NCBI GenBank assembly: GCA_963756875.1
Contig: CAVWPA010000001.1
Location: 64,001-128,000 of the forward strand
DNA length: 64,000 nt
Source: an uncultured Verrucomicrobiae bacterium
Lineage (GTDB): Bacteria; Verrucomicrobiota; Verrucomicrobiia; Chthoniobacterales; UBA10450
Reading direction: 5' to 3'
In this document: piece after piece, positions 11,565 to 22,210 of the stretch
Layout: each line of letters begins with the position of its first letter
How positions within the stretch are numbered: the stretch's first letter is position 1
Made by a program: the position numbers and the translations under genes
The notes under the pieces: model-generated
What the model was told of the DNA's origin: nothing
The model's database searches: none
What the model saw: the letters and a program-made list of their open reading frames with translations, nothing else

Positions 11565-12365
11565 TTATCGAGCCCGTTTTGCTGAACGCCGCAAAGCCCA
11601 ACGTAAAATCGGCATCGGCATGAGACGGACGAGTAACATCGACAGTTTCATGGCGAACCCCGGGACGACGAGCGGGCGATTGGCTTCCACGGCTGTGAGA
11701 GTGTCGCGCACGACTTGTTCGACGGAAACATAAACGAACTCCGGCCCCCGTTCCGGTTCGCGGCCCGGGCGTTTTGCGACTTCTCCGAATTCTGTGTGCA
11801 CCGGACCGGGGCAAAGCGCGGTCACACTGATGCCCGTGCCGTGAAGCTCCGCGCGCAACGCTTCGGAAAAACTGTTCACGTAAGCTTTACTCGCGGCATA
11901 AACGGCCATTCCGGGAATTGGAAGAAAACCGGCCGTAGAACTTACATTCAAGATCGCCCCGCGTTTTCTTGCGATCATCGGAGGAAGCAGACCCCGGGTC
12001 AGCAATGTGAGCGCGGCGACGTTTACCTGAATCATTCGATCGTCTCGCTCCAGATCGCTCGTGGCAAGCGGCCCGTAGTCGCCGAGTCCGGCGTTGTTGA
12101 TCAAGAAATCGATGTCGATCTTTTCCTGGTCGAGCCAGCTCACGAGCTGATCGATCTGCGCTTTATCGGCAAGGTCGGCAACGCGCGCGCGCACATCCAG
12201 CTTTGGATTACGTTGGATGAGTTCGTCGCGCGATTGCTCCAATCGCTCGCCGCGACGAGCGACGAGAACAAGCGTTCGCGCTCGCGTGACGAGCTGCCGG
12301 GCAAACTCGCGGCCAATCCCGGCGGAAGCTCCTGTGATCAGTGCAGTGCAGCTGTCGAGTTTCAT
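11565..12365 (-). CDS. SDR family oxidoreductase
   Basis: TGASAGIG, NNAG, YAASK. Confidence 0.93.
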   Translation of the reverse strand: MKLDSCTALITGASAGIGREFARQLVTRARTLVLVARRGERLEQSRDELIQRNPKLDVRARVADLADKAQIDQLVSWLDQEKIDIDFLINNAGLGDYGPLATSDLERDDRMIQVNVAALTLLTRGLLPPMIARKRGAILNVSSTAGFLPIPGMAVYAASKAYVNSFSEALRAELHGTGISVTALCPGPVHTEFGEVAKRPGREPERGPEFVYVSVEQVVRDTLTAVEANRPLVVPGFAMKLSMLLVRLMPMPILRWALRRSAKRAR

Positions 12366-13117
12366 TTTAGTCTTGCTCGCCGATGTGGCGGGCGTCTCGC
12401 CCGCGAGGTTTTTTGCTTTGCGGCCGGCGCGGGTGTCTTAAGGGCTTCCAACTCGTGTTTTGTCAGCATTCGCCAGTGGGCAGGTGGCAGATCGCCCAGG
12501 CGGAGATTGCCGATTCGAGTGCGGACCAGATGTTTGACGCGATATTCGAGCGTTTCAAACATGCGGCGAATTTGTCGATTGATTCCCTGACGCAACACCA
12601 CGCGCAATCGCGTCGGCGTAATGCAATGAAGATGGGCGATCTGCGCGCGCTGGCCGTCGAGAAAAATTCCACGGAGCAACTTTGGCGCGAGTGCGGGATC
12701 CCATCGCCTGTCCAGTGTCACTTCGTATTCCTTGTCGATCTTGTAGCGCGGGTGGGTGAGCCGTTGCGCGAGGTCGCCGTCATTCGTGAGCAAAAGCAGG
12801 CCTTCGCTTTGGGCGTCCAGCCGCCCGACGTTAAAAAGGCGGGGAAATTTCGAAGGAACCAAATCGAAAATGGTATCGCGCGCGTGCGGATCGCTCCTGG
12901 TCGCAACGAACCCGGCCGGTTTGTTTAAGACGAGATAGAGGGATGCATCGAGATGGACGAGTTTGCCGTCTACTTTGACATGATCGCTGGCAGTCGGTTG
13001 TGCGCTGAAATCGGCGCAGACCTTTCCGTTGATTGTTACGCGGCCGGCTGCGATCAGCTCATCACAATGACGACGGGATCCGACGCCGGCTGCGGCGAGG
13101 AAACGGTTTAGGCGCAT
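12362..13117 (-). CDS. rRNA pseudouridine synthase (RsuA/RluB family)
   Basis: S4 domain MRLNRFLA, NKPAG, GRLD, LLLTNDG, GINRQIRRM. Confidence 0.93.
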   Translation of the reverse strand: MRLNRFLAAAGVGSRRHCDELIAAGRVTINGKVCADFSAQPTASDHVKVDGKLVHLDASLYLVLNKPAGFVATRSDPHARDTIFDLVPSKFPRLFNVGRLDAQSEGLLLLTNDGDLAQRLTHPRYKIDKEYEVTLDRRWDPALAPKLLRGIFLDGQRAQIAHLHCITPTRLRVVLRQGINRQIRRMFETLEYRVKHLVRTRIGNLRLGDLPPAHWRMLTKHELEALKTPAPAAKQKTSRARRPPHRRARLK

Positions 13118-13126
13118 GGGGCTGAG

Positions 13127-13201
13127 GTTACAACGTTAAAAAGGTTACATTGTTAAAATGCAGGCTACGCTCGCCCGATTTAACGTTGTAACGTTTTTAA
13201 C
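13127..13201. repeat. AT-rich inverted array of approx. 8-nt GTTA-headed units
   Basis: GTTACAACGTTAAA ... TTTAACGTTGTAAC arms. Confidence 0.75.
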
Positions 13202-13216
13202 AAATCACCTCTGGCC

Positions 13217-13372
13217 TCACACGTCCGGCTTGGTTTTGGGCAAGCCGACGACTTTTCGGCCTTCTTTCCACTGTCCGCGTTTCTTGAGCAGTTCGACGCG
13301 TTCGAAGCGCTTCAGAACGTTGCGCTTGGCGATGATGGTGCTGGCTCCTCTCAGGCTGCGATGTTGCGACAT
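13217..13372 (-). CDS. PVC-superphylum signature small basic protein (TIGR04137-like)
   Basis: Manual translation MSQHRSLRGASTIIAKRNVLKRFERVELLKKRGQWKEGRKVVGLPKTKPDV (51 aa) with RNVLKRFER and GLPK motifs; below ORF-track cutoff. Confidence 0.9.
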   Translation of the reverse strand: MSQHRSLRGASTIIAKRNVLKRFERVELLKKRGQWKEGRKVVGLPKTKPDV

Positions 13373-13460
13373 AAATACTTTAAAAGGTTGAAGCTGGACG
13401 CGGGAAATGAGCGGGCAAGCTACGCGGTTTTACCGGATTTTCAAACGCCGCGCAGCAGAT

Positions 13461-13560
13461 GTTAAAACGATAAAAAAGTTACAAGGTTAAATCGAGTTGC
13501 ATCGTGACAGGCGACAAGTCCCATGTCTTTTGTAACCCTTGTAACGATTTAACAATTCAA
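13461..13560. repeat. AT-rich inverted array of approx. 8-nt GTTA-headed units
   Basis: GTTAAAAC..GTTACAAGGTTAAATCG ... TGTAACCCTTGTAACGATTTAACAATTCAA. Confidence 0.7.
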
Positions 13561-13564
13561 AGAC

Positions 13565-15355
13565 TCAGAGCTGATTGCTCAATACCACGTACGTGCCGCA
13601 GGCGGTGACCTGGTGGTAAATATGGATCCGCTCGGTGAGCAGTTTTCGCCAATATGGGAGTCGGTCCTGTTCAACAATCAAAAAGACAGGATTGGAAGTC
13701 TTCCAACGCGCCAGCACTGCCTCGGCATCGACGTGTAACCGGTTTGCGCCGAGGCGTTCTGCAAACGGGTCCCGGGGTTGATTTACCAAGAACACCTTGC
13801 GATTAAGATAAAAGAGCAGACTGCTGCCGACATCGAGCGATCCTTCGTAGTAAACTCTTCCGCCCCGCCCGATCCGCCCGTTCAAGTACTTTGCAGCATC
13901 GGCGAGTGAAAAGAACGGCGCCACACGCGCCACGCCTTCGATCGAGCTGAGACCGACGGGAATCATCGCCGCAAGCAAAATGGTAATCCCGATCCGTTCG
14001 CGATTCTTGGCCACGAAGTAGAGTGCCAGCGCTGCGGCAGGAACGAGCGCGCTCGCCGAAAGCGCGACCATTGGCCGCAAGGTGAGCCATGTTGGGCCGG
14101 GGATCGTTGCAAGGGTTCGCCACGCCGTTGCGCGGTCGCTCAGTTCTTTCCACTGGGTAGTTGCGCCGCTCACGATTTCCGGCAGGAAAAGCGCGGCTGC
14201 GCCGGCGAGCAGCCCGATGATGGCCACGCAGCAGACACCCGCGAGGCGGAACCGGCGCGGCATTCGGTCCCATGCCGATGTCGCAAAAAGGCCGAACGCG
14301 CTCCACATGCTCATCGAGTAATAATCCTGGCGTTGTCCGAGTACGAGCAGAGGCACGAAAACAACACCGATCCAGCAGATAGGCAGTGCGTCCGCGAACT
14401 CGATTTCACGCGGCCGGATGATTTTGCGGGCGGCAAAAATCAAACCGGGAACAATGAGGAACGAGGCGGGAAACCACCACGCGAGATGCAACGCGAGAAA
14501 CTGGAACCGGGGAACGTTTACGTAGCTATGCGTCGCATCAGGCCGGCCAAGGAGGTGCGAAGCCGATTCCGCGCCGAACGCATACGAAAGGTAACCGGGG
14601 AAATGTCGCGCGATCCATATGTGCCACGGCGCAATGATTAATAAAAAGAGGAGAAAATATTCCCAGCGCAGCAGGGCGCGAAAACGGATCCGAGATTCGC
14701 GAAAAAAAACGGCAAGCAGCGCGCAGACCGCTGCGGGATAAGCCAGTCCATGAAAGCCTTTTGTCATACAGGCGAGCGCGGCGAAAATCCAGAAGCCGGC
14801 GAACCAGGCGCGGCGATGCGCGCGACGCTGATGGCCCGCGATCGCGCAAAAAATCGCCGCCACCACAAACGCGGCGAAGACCGGTTCGGGCATGATGATG
14901 CGGCCAAGCAAAAACATGCCATACGAGCAGAGGTAAATGAGCCCGGCGATAAAGCCGCGCCAATAATCCATCAATCGTTCGCCGATCAAAAACGTGAGCG
15001 CGACCGACGCGACCGCCGCCACGGCGATTGGCAGCCTCGCGGCCGCGGCGTTGATCCCGAACAATTTGAACGACAGGATGATCATCCAGTAAAGCAGCGG
15101 CGGTTTTTGAAGGCGCGGAATGCCGTCGTTGGTGGGAACCAGCCATTGATGGGCGGCAATCATTTCGCGCGCGGCGCCGGCGTATTGGCCGTCGGTTTCA
15201 CCGTAAAGCTGGCCCCAGCCCGCAGTACAGACGTGGAGCACCACGGCGAGCGCGATGAGGCACGCGAACAAAGCATGGCGCGTCGGCGGCGGCGCGAGCG
15301 CCTGCGGTTCGAGCAGGGTCTGTTCAATGCTGAACGTGCGGGTGCCGGCAACCAT
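13565..15355 (-). CDS. ArnT/PMT family (GT-C) glycosyltransferase
   Basis: [23 protein letters not shown] motifs, many TM segments; start uncertain (15355 or 15379). Confidence 0.88.
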   Translation of the reverse strand: MVAGTRTFSIEQTLLEPQALAPPPTRHALFACLIALAVVLHVCTAGWGQLYGETDGQYAGAAREMIAAHQWLVPTNDGIPRLQKPPLLYWMIILSFKLFGINAAAARLPIAVAAVASVALTFLIGERLMDYWRGFIAGLIYLCSYGMFLLGRIIMPEPVFAAFVVAAIFCAIAGHQRRAHRRAWFAGFWIFAALACMTKGFHGLAYPAAVCALLAVFFRESRIRFRALLRWEYFLLFLLIIAPWHIWIARHFPGYLSYAFGAESASHLLGRPDATHSYVNVPRFQFLALHLAWWFPASFLIVPGLIFAARKIIRPREIEFADALPICWIGVVFVPLLVLGQRQDYYSMSMWSAFGLFATSAWDRMPRRFRLAGVCCVAIIGLLAGAAALFLPEIVSGATTQWKELSDRATAWRTLATIPGPTWLTLRPMVALSASALVPAAALALYFVAKNRERIGITILLAAMIPVGLSSIEGVARVAPFFSLADAAKYLNGRIGRGGRVYYEGSLDVGSSLLFYLNRKVFLVNQPRDPFAERLGANRLHVDAEAVLARWKTSNPVFLIVEQDRLPYWRKLLTERIHIYHQVTACGTYVVLSNQL

Positions 15356-15359
15356 GATT

Positions 15360-15809
15360 CTACAAATCTCCTCCGTCACCTGGGTCTGCCGGGCTGGCAG
15401 AGCGATACTTTTCCCAATCTGCCGGCAATCGCAGCAATTTTGCAGCGGGCATTTCGATGAGCGCCAGCATCTGCCGGCATTCCGCGATCAAGGCATTGTC
15501 TTGCGGCCGCAGAATGCGAAACGCGCACCAAAAACGCACCCTTTCGAGGCGGTCGAGCCACCCTTCAACCACCAGGCGGTCACCCAGTTTGGCCGCGCGC
15601 CGATAATCGATTTCTGTCCGTACCACCACCGGATATCTTTCTGTTTTAACCATCTCGGAGAGGGCAAGACCGAGTTTTTCGGCAAGCAAACTGCGGCCGA
15701 TCTCGATGAAGCGCAGGTAGGCGATGTTGTGCACGACCCCGCCGCAATCGGTATCGAAAAACATCACCTGCACGTCTGTGCGAATTCTGGGCGTCGCGGG
15801 GTCTGTCAT
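15360..15809 (-). CDS. Acyl-CoA thioesterase (4HBT/YbgC family)
   Basis: [18 protein letters not shown] motif. Confidence 0.88.
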   Translation of the reverse strand: MTDPATPRIRTDVQVMFFDTDCGGVVHNIAYLRFIEIGRSLLAEKLGLALSEMVKTERYPVVVRTEIDYRRAAKLGDRLVVEGWLDRLERVRFWCAFRILRPQDNALIAECRQMLALIEMPAAKLLRLPADWEKYRSASPADPGDGGDL

Positions 15810-15852
15810 GCGTTACAGAGTAGTCTTATCAATATTCCGTGGATGGCGTCGA

Positions 15853-17802
15853 CTACGAAGCTGGCCTTTCCAACATCGACAAGACGGAATCGACCACTTC
15901 CTGAACCCCGACAGCTTTCATGCAGCGAAAATCGATCGGGCACTGGCGCAGGAAACAGGGACTGCATTCCACCTGGTGTCGAAGAATGATGTGATCGTTT
16001 CCGAGCGGCCCAGTCAGGCGCGGTTCGGTCGAGCCGAAAATGGCTACGACCGGGATGCCGATCAACGCGGCAAGGTGCATCGTGCCGGTATCGTTCGTGA
16101 GCAGCAATCGGCAGGCTCGCAGCTCATCGATCAACTGTTCGAGCGATGTTTGCCCGATTCGATTTCTGCACTGATCGCTCAACGCAGCCGCGATTGTTTC
16201 GCCAACTGCCGCGTCGTTTTGTGTTCCGAATAAAACCCATTGCGCTCCTGTCCGCTCCGTAATTGCCGTCGCAGCCTCGGCGAAACGTTCCGGCAACCAT
16301 CGCTTCGCCGGTCCGTACTCCGCACCGGGACAAAGAGCGAGCTGCAGAGGGACGGCCCCTGTGCTGTCCGTGACAAGAGGGACGCGATCCGCCTTCGCGC
16401 TGCTTCGGCGTGACAGGCGGGCGTCCCTCCAATTGTCGTCGACTTTCGCGCCGCAATCTTGTGCCAGGCGCAGATAGCGAAGCGATTGATGTTGTGGCGG
16501 CCCCGGCTTTCGCGGTTCCCGCACGATTTGATTTAGCAGCCAGCTTCGGGAATGGCCGCGGTAACCGACTCGTCGCGGAATTCTGCTCAGCCAGACTTCC
16601 AGCGCTGAGCGGAGCGAGTTTGGAAAAACAATGACAACATCGAAGGGCGGCTGCCGCCGGATTGCGCGGATGGTGGCAAACAAAGACTTCCTGGTCAGGG
16701 GAACGATTTCATCCACTTCGGGAACCAGTTTCCACATTGGCGCAATTTTTTCCGGAGCCGCAACAGTGACGTGCGCGTCGGGGCGGCCGGTTTTGATGGC
16801 GCGAACGGCCGGAACGCTCATGACCGAGTCGCCAAGCCAATTACTGGCCCGAATTAAAATGCGAAATGGTTTCAGACTGTGGCTCCTGAATCCGGATGGC
16901 AAATACACGCCGCGCTTGTAGTGCGCGAGAAGAAAATTTGGTCGCGGAGTTTTCCATCGATTGTGCACCCAGAACCAGTCTTCCGGGGCGCGACGAATCT
17001 GACCGGCGATGAGGTCGTTCGATTTCGCGGTCAGCAATTCGACCGAGTCGCGGCTGTTCTCCAATGCCTCGATAACGATTCGCCACCGTGCGACGCCCGC
17101 CGTGTAAACGGCAACGCCGACGAGCGCGGCGCCGGTGCGCCTGGCCAAGAGCGCGGGCAGAGAAGTTGTTGACGCAAGTCTCCCAAAAAAAGGGACCCAG
17201 AGCCCCTGGTCGCCCGCATGTTGGTCGCTAAGAATTCCGATCGCGCCACCCGCGCGTAGCAGCTCGATCGGTTTTCGGAAACCTTCTTTGCGATCGAACA
17301 TCTCCACTCCAGCGCGGGCGCGCAGTTTGCGGACGTGATTATCGATCAAACGATTGCCCAACCGCTGATAGATCGTGCTGTTGCGGGTGTAACCGATGAA
17401 TTTCGGCAGGATTTGAGAGATGAGTTCCCAATTGCCGAGATGGCTCAAAATCAGAACAACGCCGCGTTTGGCCTGAAGATGTTGATGGATTGCCTGAAGA
17501 TTTTCGATGGCAACGTGGTGTTCGAGTTGCTCGAGCGGCATGATTGCAACCTTGACTCCCGACAAAAGATTCGCGCCGAGCCGTTGGAAGTGGCGCCGAA
17601 CGAGGCGCCGCAGTTCGCGCGGCGATTTTTCATCGCCGAATGCGATGGCCTCATTGTGCGAGGCGAGCCGGCGATAGCGCGGCAGGATTAACCAGGCGCC
17701 GAACCCGAGCAACTGGCCGAGGCGGAACAGCACGGGCAATGGGAGCGCTGTAATGACAATCACGCCTGCCCGGTAGAGAAGGTAAAGACAGAATTCGCGC
17801 AT
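15853..17802 (-). CDS. waaF: Fusion: lipid A late acyltransferase (LpxL/HtrB-like) + LPS heptosyltransferase II
   Basis: N-half HLGNWE, SDQ, PFFG, WFWVHNRWK; C-half NWLGDSVM, PGAEYGPAKRW, NDTGTMHLA. Confidence 0.9.
   Translation of the reverse strand: MREFCLYLLYRAGVIVITALPLPVLFRLGQLLGFGAWLILPRYRRLASHNEAIAFGDEKSPRELRRLVRRHFQRLGANLLSGVKVAIMPLEQLEHHVAIENLQAIHQHLQAKRGVVLILSHLGNWELISQILPKFIGYTRNSTIYQRLGNRLIDNHVRKLRARAGVEMFDRKEGFRKPIELLRAGGAIGILSDQHAGDQGLWVPFFGRLASTTSLPALLARRTGAALVGVAVYTAGVARWRIVIEALENSRDSVELLTAKSNDLIAGQIRRAPEDWFWVHNRWKTPRPNFLLAHYKRGVYLPSGFRSHSLKPFRILIRASNWLGDSVMSVPAVRAIKTGRPDAHVTVAAPEKIAPMWKLVPEVDEIVPLTRKSLFATIRAIRRQPPFDVVIVFPNSLRSALEVWLSRIPRRVGYRGHSRSWLLNQIVREPRKPGPPQHQSLRYLRLAQDCGAKVDDNWRDARLSRRSSAKADRVPLVTDSTGAVPLQLALCPGAEYGPAKRWLPERFAEAATAITERTGAQWVLFGTQNDAAVGETIAAALSDQCRNRIGQTSLEQLIDELRACRLLLTNDTGTMHLAALIGIPVVAIFGSTEPRLTGPLGNDHIILRHQVECSPCFLRQCPIDFRCMKAVGVQEVVDSVLSMLERPAS
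16345..16431. repeat. Nested GGAG-type palindromic element inside waaF reading frame
   Basis: Similar to intergenic element 62527..62616. Confidence 0.7.
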
Positions 17803-17957
17803 GCGGGAGCGAAAAAGATGACCGATGTCGCGCCACAGCGTAAAATTGCCTGCGCCGGGCTTCAATGAATATAATGTCCCCCTGTGACAACCCGCCAGAT
17901 CCTTCTCGCCAATGCATCCATTTTTCGTTAGGCAACTGAATTGCTACCGGGACTGAC

Positions 17958-18713
17958 ATGAACAAACGCGAAAAGAACCTGTGGCTCGGCCTGAATGAAC
18001 CGGCGCGGAAGGCGCTGGCCGGCCGCGACTACAAGGCAGGATCTTTTTCCCAACGTCTTGCAGAGTCCGGAGTGGAGGCGGGTGAGCTGGTCGCGGCGGC
18101 CCGGCGTAAACCGGCGGTCACGCGGGTTTGGATTCCGGGCGTGGAAATTTTTCCGCGCACGATTCATTCGCAGCCGCACCGGGGCGCTTTTGGCGAGCTG
18201 GTTCGGCGCGACGAAGGAGTCCTGGCGAGGATCGGCCTCTGGCCGAAACAATGGTCGGCGGCCTCCATGTTTACGCACAGCGCGAAGGGGTTTCATGTGC
18301 ACCCGCCCAGCGTTCCGACCGACACAACTCCAGAGAAGTGGCTGCGGCGTTTGTTTGTCACGGACGCCCGGAATTATTCGTTGCGCCGGTACGATGACGA
18401 ACAGTGGGACGTGATGTTCTTTTTGCAGGGCAGAGCGGAAATGATCCTGCGCGACGTGCGTGCAGGGCTCCCGGCGCGCACGATGCGATTCTTCGTCGAC
18501 GGAGACAATCACCGCGGCGCAAACAACGTGGGCGTCGTGGTTCCACCAGGCGTGGCGCACGCACTCCGCGCGGAAGGGTCCGAGGATGTGATCATGGTTT
18601 ATGGGACGAGCACAATTTTCCATCCGGAGTTCGAAGGCCGCATTGCCAGTGAGGTCGAGACTGCGACGTTGCCGGAGTCATGGCGCAAATTTTTATCGAT
18701 GAGCGTTGGCTGA
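17958..18713 (+). CDS. RmlC-like (dTDP-4-dehydrorhamnose 3,5-epimerase family) cupin, divergent
   Basis: IPGV, RGAFGE, KGFHVH, DVR, VPPGVAH. Confidence 0.72.
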   Translation: MNKREKNLWLGLNEPARKALAGRDYKAGSFSQRLAESGVEAGELVAAARRKPAVTRVWIPGVEIFPRTIHSQPHRGAFGELVRRDEGVLARIGLWPKQWSAASMFTHSAKGFHVHPPSVPTDTTPEKWLRRLFVTDARNYSLRRYDDEQWDVMFFLQGRAEMILRDVRAGLPARTMRFFVDGDNHRGANNVGVVVPPGVAHALRAEGSEDVIMVYGTSTIFHPEFEGRIASEVETATLPESWRKFLSMSVG

Positions 18714-18723
18714 ATTAATGCGA

Positions 18724-18741
18724 CCCCGAATGCTTTCGGGG
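18724..18741. repeat. Short palindrome CCCCGAAnGCTTTCGGGG
   Basis: Second copy at 20421..20438. Confidence 0.65.
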
Positions 18742-18758
18742 CCGCTACAGGGTGGACG

Positions 18759-19460
18759 ATGAAACGAAAGTTCGATCCGGCCCTGCTGGAAATGATGGAC
18801 CGGCCGCAGCCGGTTTCCGTCGAGTTGGAGCGCGATTTGTTAAATCTTCGGCGCCTTAACCGCCATTTTGGCAGTTATGCCCTTGTGCTACGTTTCGTTA
18901 GACGCTGGATTAAACCCGGCGACCAGCTCCATATTCTCGATCTGGCGACCGGCTCCGGCGATGTCCCACGGGTGATTGTCGATTTCGCGCGAAAGATTGG
19001 CGCTACGGTGAAGATCGCTGCGGTGGATCGGCAACCGGCGATCCTGGAGATCGCCAGATATCTGAGCGGGAGCTATCCGGAGATCAGTTATGTCGAGGCA
19101 AATGTCCTGGAGTGGCAACCGCCCGAACGTTACGACATCGTGCTCTGCACCCTTGCGCTCCATCACTTCAGCGAACACGACGCCGCGACGTTGCTGCGGC
19201 GGTGCCGCGAGCTTTCACAAAGATTCGTCCTGGTATCGGATCTCTGCCGCAGTTGGTTTACCCGGGCAGGTGTTCAGCTTTTGACGGCGTTGATTTTTCG
19301 CGAACCGATGACCCGTTTCGACGGGCGACTTTCGGCCGAACGCGCATTTTCCTTCGCGGAAATGGATGATTTGGCCCGGCGGGCAGGTTGGGAAAATTTC
19401 GGCCACGAAGGTGTGCGGTTTGTGCGCCAGGCTATCTGGCTGGAAAATGGGCGACCCTGA
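18759..19460 (+). CDS. Class I SAM-dependent methyltransferase
   Basis: LDLATGSGD, YDIV, LALHH. Confidence 0.88.
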   Translation: MKRKFDPALLEMMDRPQPVSVELERDLLNLRRLNRHFGSYALVLRFVRRWIKPGDQLHILDLATGSGDVPRVIVDFARKIGATVKIAAVDRQPAILEIARYLSGSYPEISYVEANVLEWQPPERYDIVLCTLALHHFSEHDAATLLRRCRELSQRFVLVSDLCRSWFTRAGVQLLTALIFREPMTRFDGRLSAERAFSFAEMDDLARRAGWENFGHEGVRFVRQAIWLENGRP

Positions 19461-19568
19461 GTGCGGCGGTCGACCAATGCGCCCAGAGAAAGGCCCCGCC
19501 AGTAAGAAGTGTTTTTGCCGCCCGTTGAATTGCTCGCACCGGGCGCCTGATTCGACGATGATCGGGAG

Positions 19569-20390
19569 GTGAAGATCGTTTCGACCGTTGCAGGCGTTCC
19601 TCCGTCAAAGTCGAAGCGCGTGCTCGTTCCAACAATGGGCGCGCTGCACAAGGCGCATGGCGAACTGATCCGGGTGGCGCGCACGCGTGCCGGAAAAGAG
19701 GGCGAGCTGATCGTGAGCATTTTCGTGAACCCGCTTCAGTTTGAGCCGGGGAGTGACTACGAAAGATATCCGCGCCCGGAAGAAGCAGACGAGGAGTTTT
19801 GCCGGAATGCGGGTGCCGATCTCCTGTTCCGGCCGGCGGTCCACGAGATGTATTCCGGCGATTCCTCCGTGTTCGTGGAAGAGACGACGTTATCGAGCGT
19901 TCTTGAGGGGAAGGCGCGTCCCGGACACTTTCGCGGAGTCTGCACCGTCGTCGCGAAGTTGTTCCATATTATCCATCCCGATGTGGCTGTGTTTGGCGAA
20001 AAGGATTTCCAACAGCTGGCGATCATTCGCCGCATGGTGCGCGACCTCAATTTTCAGATCGAGATCGTGGCCATGCCGACGGCACGGGAAGAGGATGGAT
20101 TGGCGTGCAGCTCGCGGAATCGGTATCTCAACGCGGAAGAACGAAAACAGGCAACGGTTTTGCGCAGAGCATTACTGGCCGCAGCCGATGCGAGGGAAAA
20201 ATCCGCAAAAGAGATTGTCGATTTGGTTCGAAGCGTGATTAACGAGGCGCCGCTCGCACGGATCGATTATGTAGACGTTGTTGATGCGGAGAGTTTGCGA
20301 CCCATTGACAAGGTCCGGCCCAACTCCCTGCTGGCGGTCGCAGTATTCTTCGGCAAGACTCGCTTGATCGATAATATCCGGCTGCCATGA
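19569..20390 (+). CDS. panC: Pantoate--beta-alanine ligase
   Basis: PTMGALH, SIFVNPLQF, RPGHFRGV, FGEKDFQQ, SSRN, RLIDN. Confidence 0.96.
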   Translation: MKIVSTVAGVPPSKSKRVLVPTMGALHKAHGELIRVARTRAGKEGELIVSIFVNPLQFEPGSDYERYPRPEEADEEFCRNAGADLLFRPAVHEMYSGDSSVFVEETTLSSVLEGKARPGHFRGVCTVVAKLFHIIHPDVAVFGEKDFQQLAIIRRMVRDLNFQIEIVAMPTAREEDGLACSSRNRYLNAEERKQATVLRRALLAAADAREKSAKEIVDLVRSVINEAPLARIDYVDVVDAESLRPIDKVRPNSLLAVAVFFGKTRLIDNIRLP

Positions 20391-20420
20391 GGGAAGATGA
20401 GGTTGTGGCAACTGTGTCAG

Positions 20421-20438
20421 CCCCGAAAGCTTTCGGGG
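20421..20438. repeat. Perfect palindrome CCCCGAAAGCTTTCGGGG
   Basis: Seen directly; related copy at 18724. Confidence 0.7.
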
Positions 20439-20481
20439 TTCGCAGAAACGCCCTACAATTTGCGAGAAGGAGCGGCGCTCA

Positions 20482-22095
20482 GTGAAGGAATACGATTTCG
20501 TCGTCATTGGCAGCGGCATCGCCGGGCTGAGTTTTGCGCTAAAGGCGGCCGAACACGGCTCGGTCGCGGTGGTGACCAAGCGCAAAGGCGCGGACAGCAA
20601 TACGGCCTGGGCGCAAGGCGGGATCGCGTGCGTCACGAGTGACGAAGATTCGTTCGAACTGCATGTGCGCGATACGCTCGAGGCGGGCGCGGGACTGTGC
20701 GACGAAGCGGTGGTGCGCACCATTGTGACCGAAGGGCCCGCCCGGATCCAGGAACTGCTCGATCTGGGTCTGCATTTTGACGAGCGCGAGAATTCCGGAC
20801 ATCGCGAATTCGATCTGGGGCGCGAAGGGGGTCATTCCAAGCGGCGGGTGTTGCACGTGCAGGATGTGACCGGGAAAGAGATCGAGAAAACCCTGCTTCG
20901 GGAACTCGCGCGCCGGTCCCATGTCGATCTTTTGGAAAATCACATGGCGGTGGATCTGATCACAGCCGGCAAGCTCGGTTTCGCTTCCGAAGATCGTTGC
21001 CTGGGCGTTTACGTTCTCGATGAAAAAACGGGCCAGGTCGAAACGATCGGGTCCGATCGGATCGTTCTTGCGACCGGCGGTTGCGGAAAGGTCTATCTCT
21101 ACACGACCAATCCGGACATCGCGACCGGCGACGGAGTGGCCATGGCGTGGCGCGCCGGCGCAGTGATCGCGAACATGGAATTCATCCAGTTTCATCCGAC
21201 CTGTTTGTTTCATCCGAAGGCAAAATCGTTTTTGATATCGGAAGCAGTGCGTGGCGAAGGTGGCGTTTTGCGAAACAACCGCGGCGAAGATTTTATGAAG
21301 CGCTACGACCCTCGCGGGTCGCTCGCGCCACGCGATATCGTTGCTCGCGCCATCGACGCGGAGATGAAGCGCTCCGGCGCGCAATATGTCTTTCTCGATA
21401 TTACCGACAAACCGGTGGAGTTTTTGCAGGAGCGTTTTCCGAACATTTACGACACCTGCCTGCGGTTGGGGATCGATATGTCGAAGCAGCCGATTCCCGT
21501 TGTCCCGGCGGCGCATTATCAGTGCGGCGGAATTAGGACGGACGTGAACGGTGTGACGAGTTTGCCCGGCCTGTATGCGATTGGCGAAGTGGCCTGCACC
21601 GGATTGCACGGCGCAAACCGGCTTGCGAGCAACTCGCTGCTGGAAGGTCTGGTGGTAGCGCATCGCGCCGCGCAGGCCTCGATAAAGGAGAAGGAGTCTC
21701 GAAAGCATTCCAATGCGCGCGTCGCACGCAAGATTTCCCTGCCCGAATGGAAACCTGGTGAAGTGCAGGATGTCGACGAGTTGGTCGTAATCTATCATAA
21801 CTGGGACGAAATCCGGCGCCTGATGTGGGATTACGTTGGGATTGTGCGCACCGACAAGCGGCTGCAACGGGCCAGCGCCCGGCTGCGAAATCTCCAGCGG
21901 GAGATACACGAATTTTATTGGAATTTTAAGATCTCGGTGGATCTGCTTGAGCTGCGTAATCTGGCCACGGTCGCGGCGTTGATTGTCGATTCGGCCCTGA
22001 GCCGGAAGTCGAGCAGGGGTCTTCATTATACGCTCGATTATCCCCAGGCAGACGACCGGCAGTTTAACCAGCCGACATTGCTGAGCCGGGCCTGA
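20482..22095 (+). CDS. nadB: L-aspartate oxidase
   Basis: [36 protein letters not shown]. Confidence 0.96.
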   Translation: MKEYDFVVIGSGIAGLSFALKAAEHGSVAVVTKRKGADSNTAWAQGGIACVTSDEDSFELHVRDTLEAGAGLCDEAVVRTIVTEGPARIQELLDLGLHFDERENSGHREFDLGREGGHSKRRVLHVQDVTGKEIEKTLLRELARRSHVDLLENHMAVDLITAGKLGFASEDRCLGVYVLDEKTGQVETIGSDRIVLATGGCGKVYLYTTNPDIATGDGVAMAWRAGAVIANMEFIQFHPTCLFHPKAKSFLISEAVRGEGGVLRNNRGEDFMKRYDPRGSLAPRDIVARAIDAEMKRSGAQYVFLDITDKPVEFLQERFPNIYDTCLRLGIDMSKQPIPVVPAAHYQCGGIRTDVNGVTSLPGLYAIGEVACTGLHGANRLASNSLLEGLVVAHRAAQASIKEKESRKHSNARVARKISLPEWKPGEVQDVDELVVIYHNWDEIRRLMWDYVGIVRTDKRLQRASARLRNLQREIHEFYWNFKISVDLLELRNLATVAALIVDSALSRKSSRGLHYTLDYPQADDRQFNQPTLLSRA

Positions 22096-22210
22096 ACTGG
22101 AATGGATAGTGCTTTTTACAAGAATGCCCCGCGCAGGCATCGGATTTTCCGGTAAAATGCCTTGCCTGGAGGGGAGATATCGGATACAAACAAGACCACC
22201 CTATTTGCCA

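Noticed and set aside
20539..22140. 533-aa minus-strand ORF
   Set aside because: Antisense shadow of nadB with no motifs; typical of GC-rich DNA
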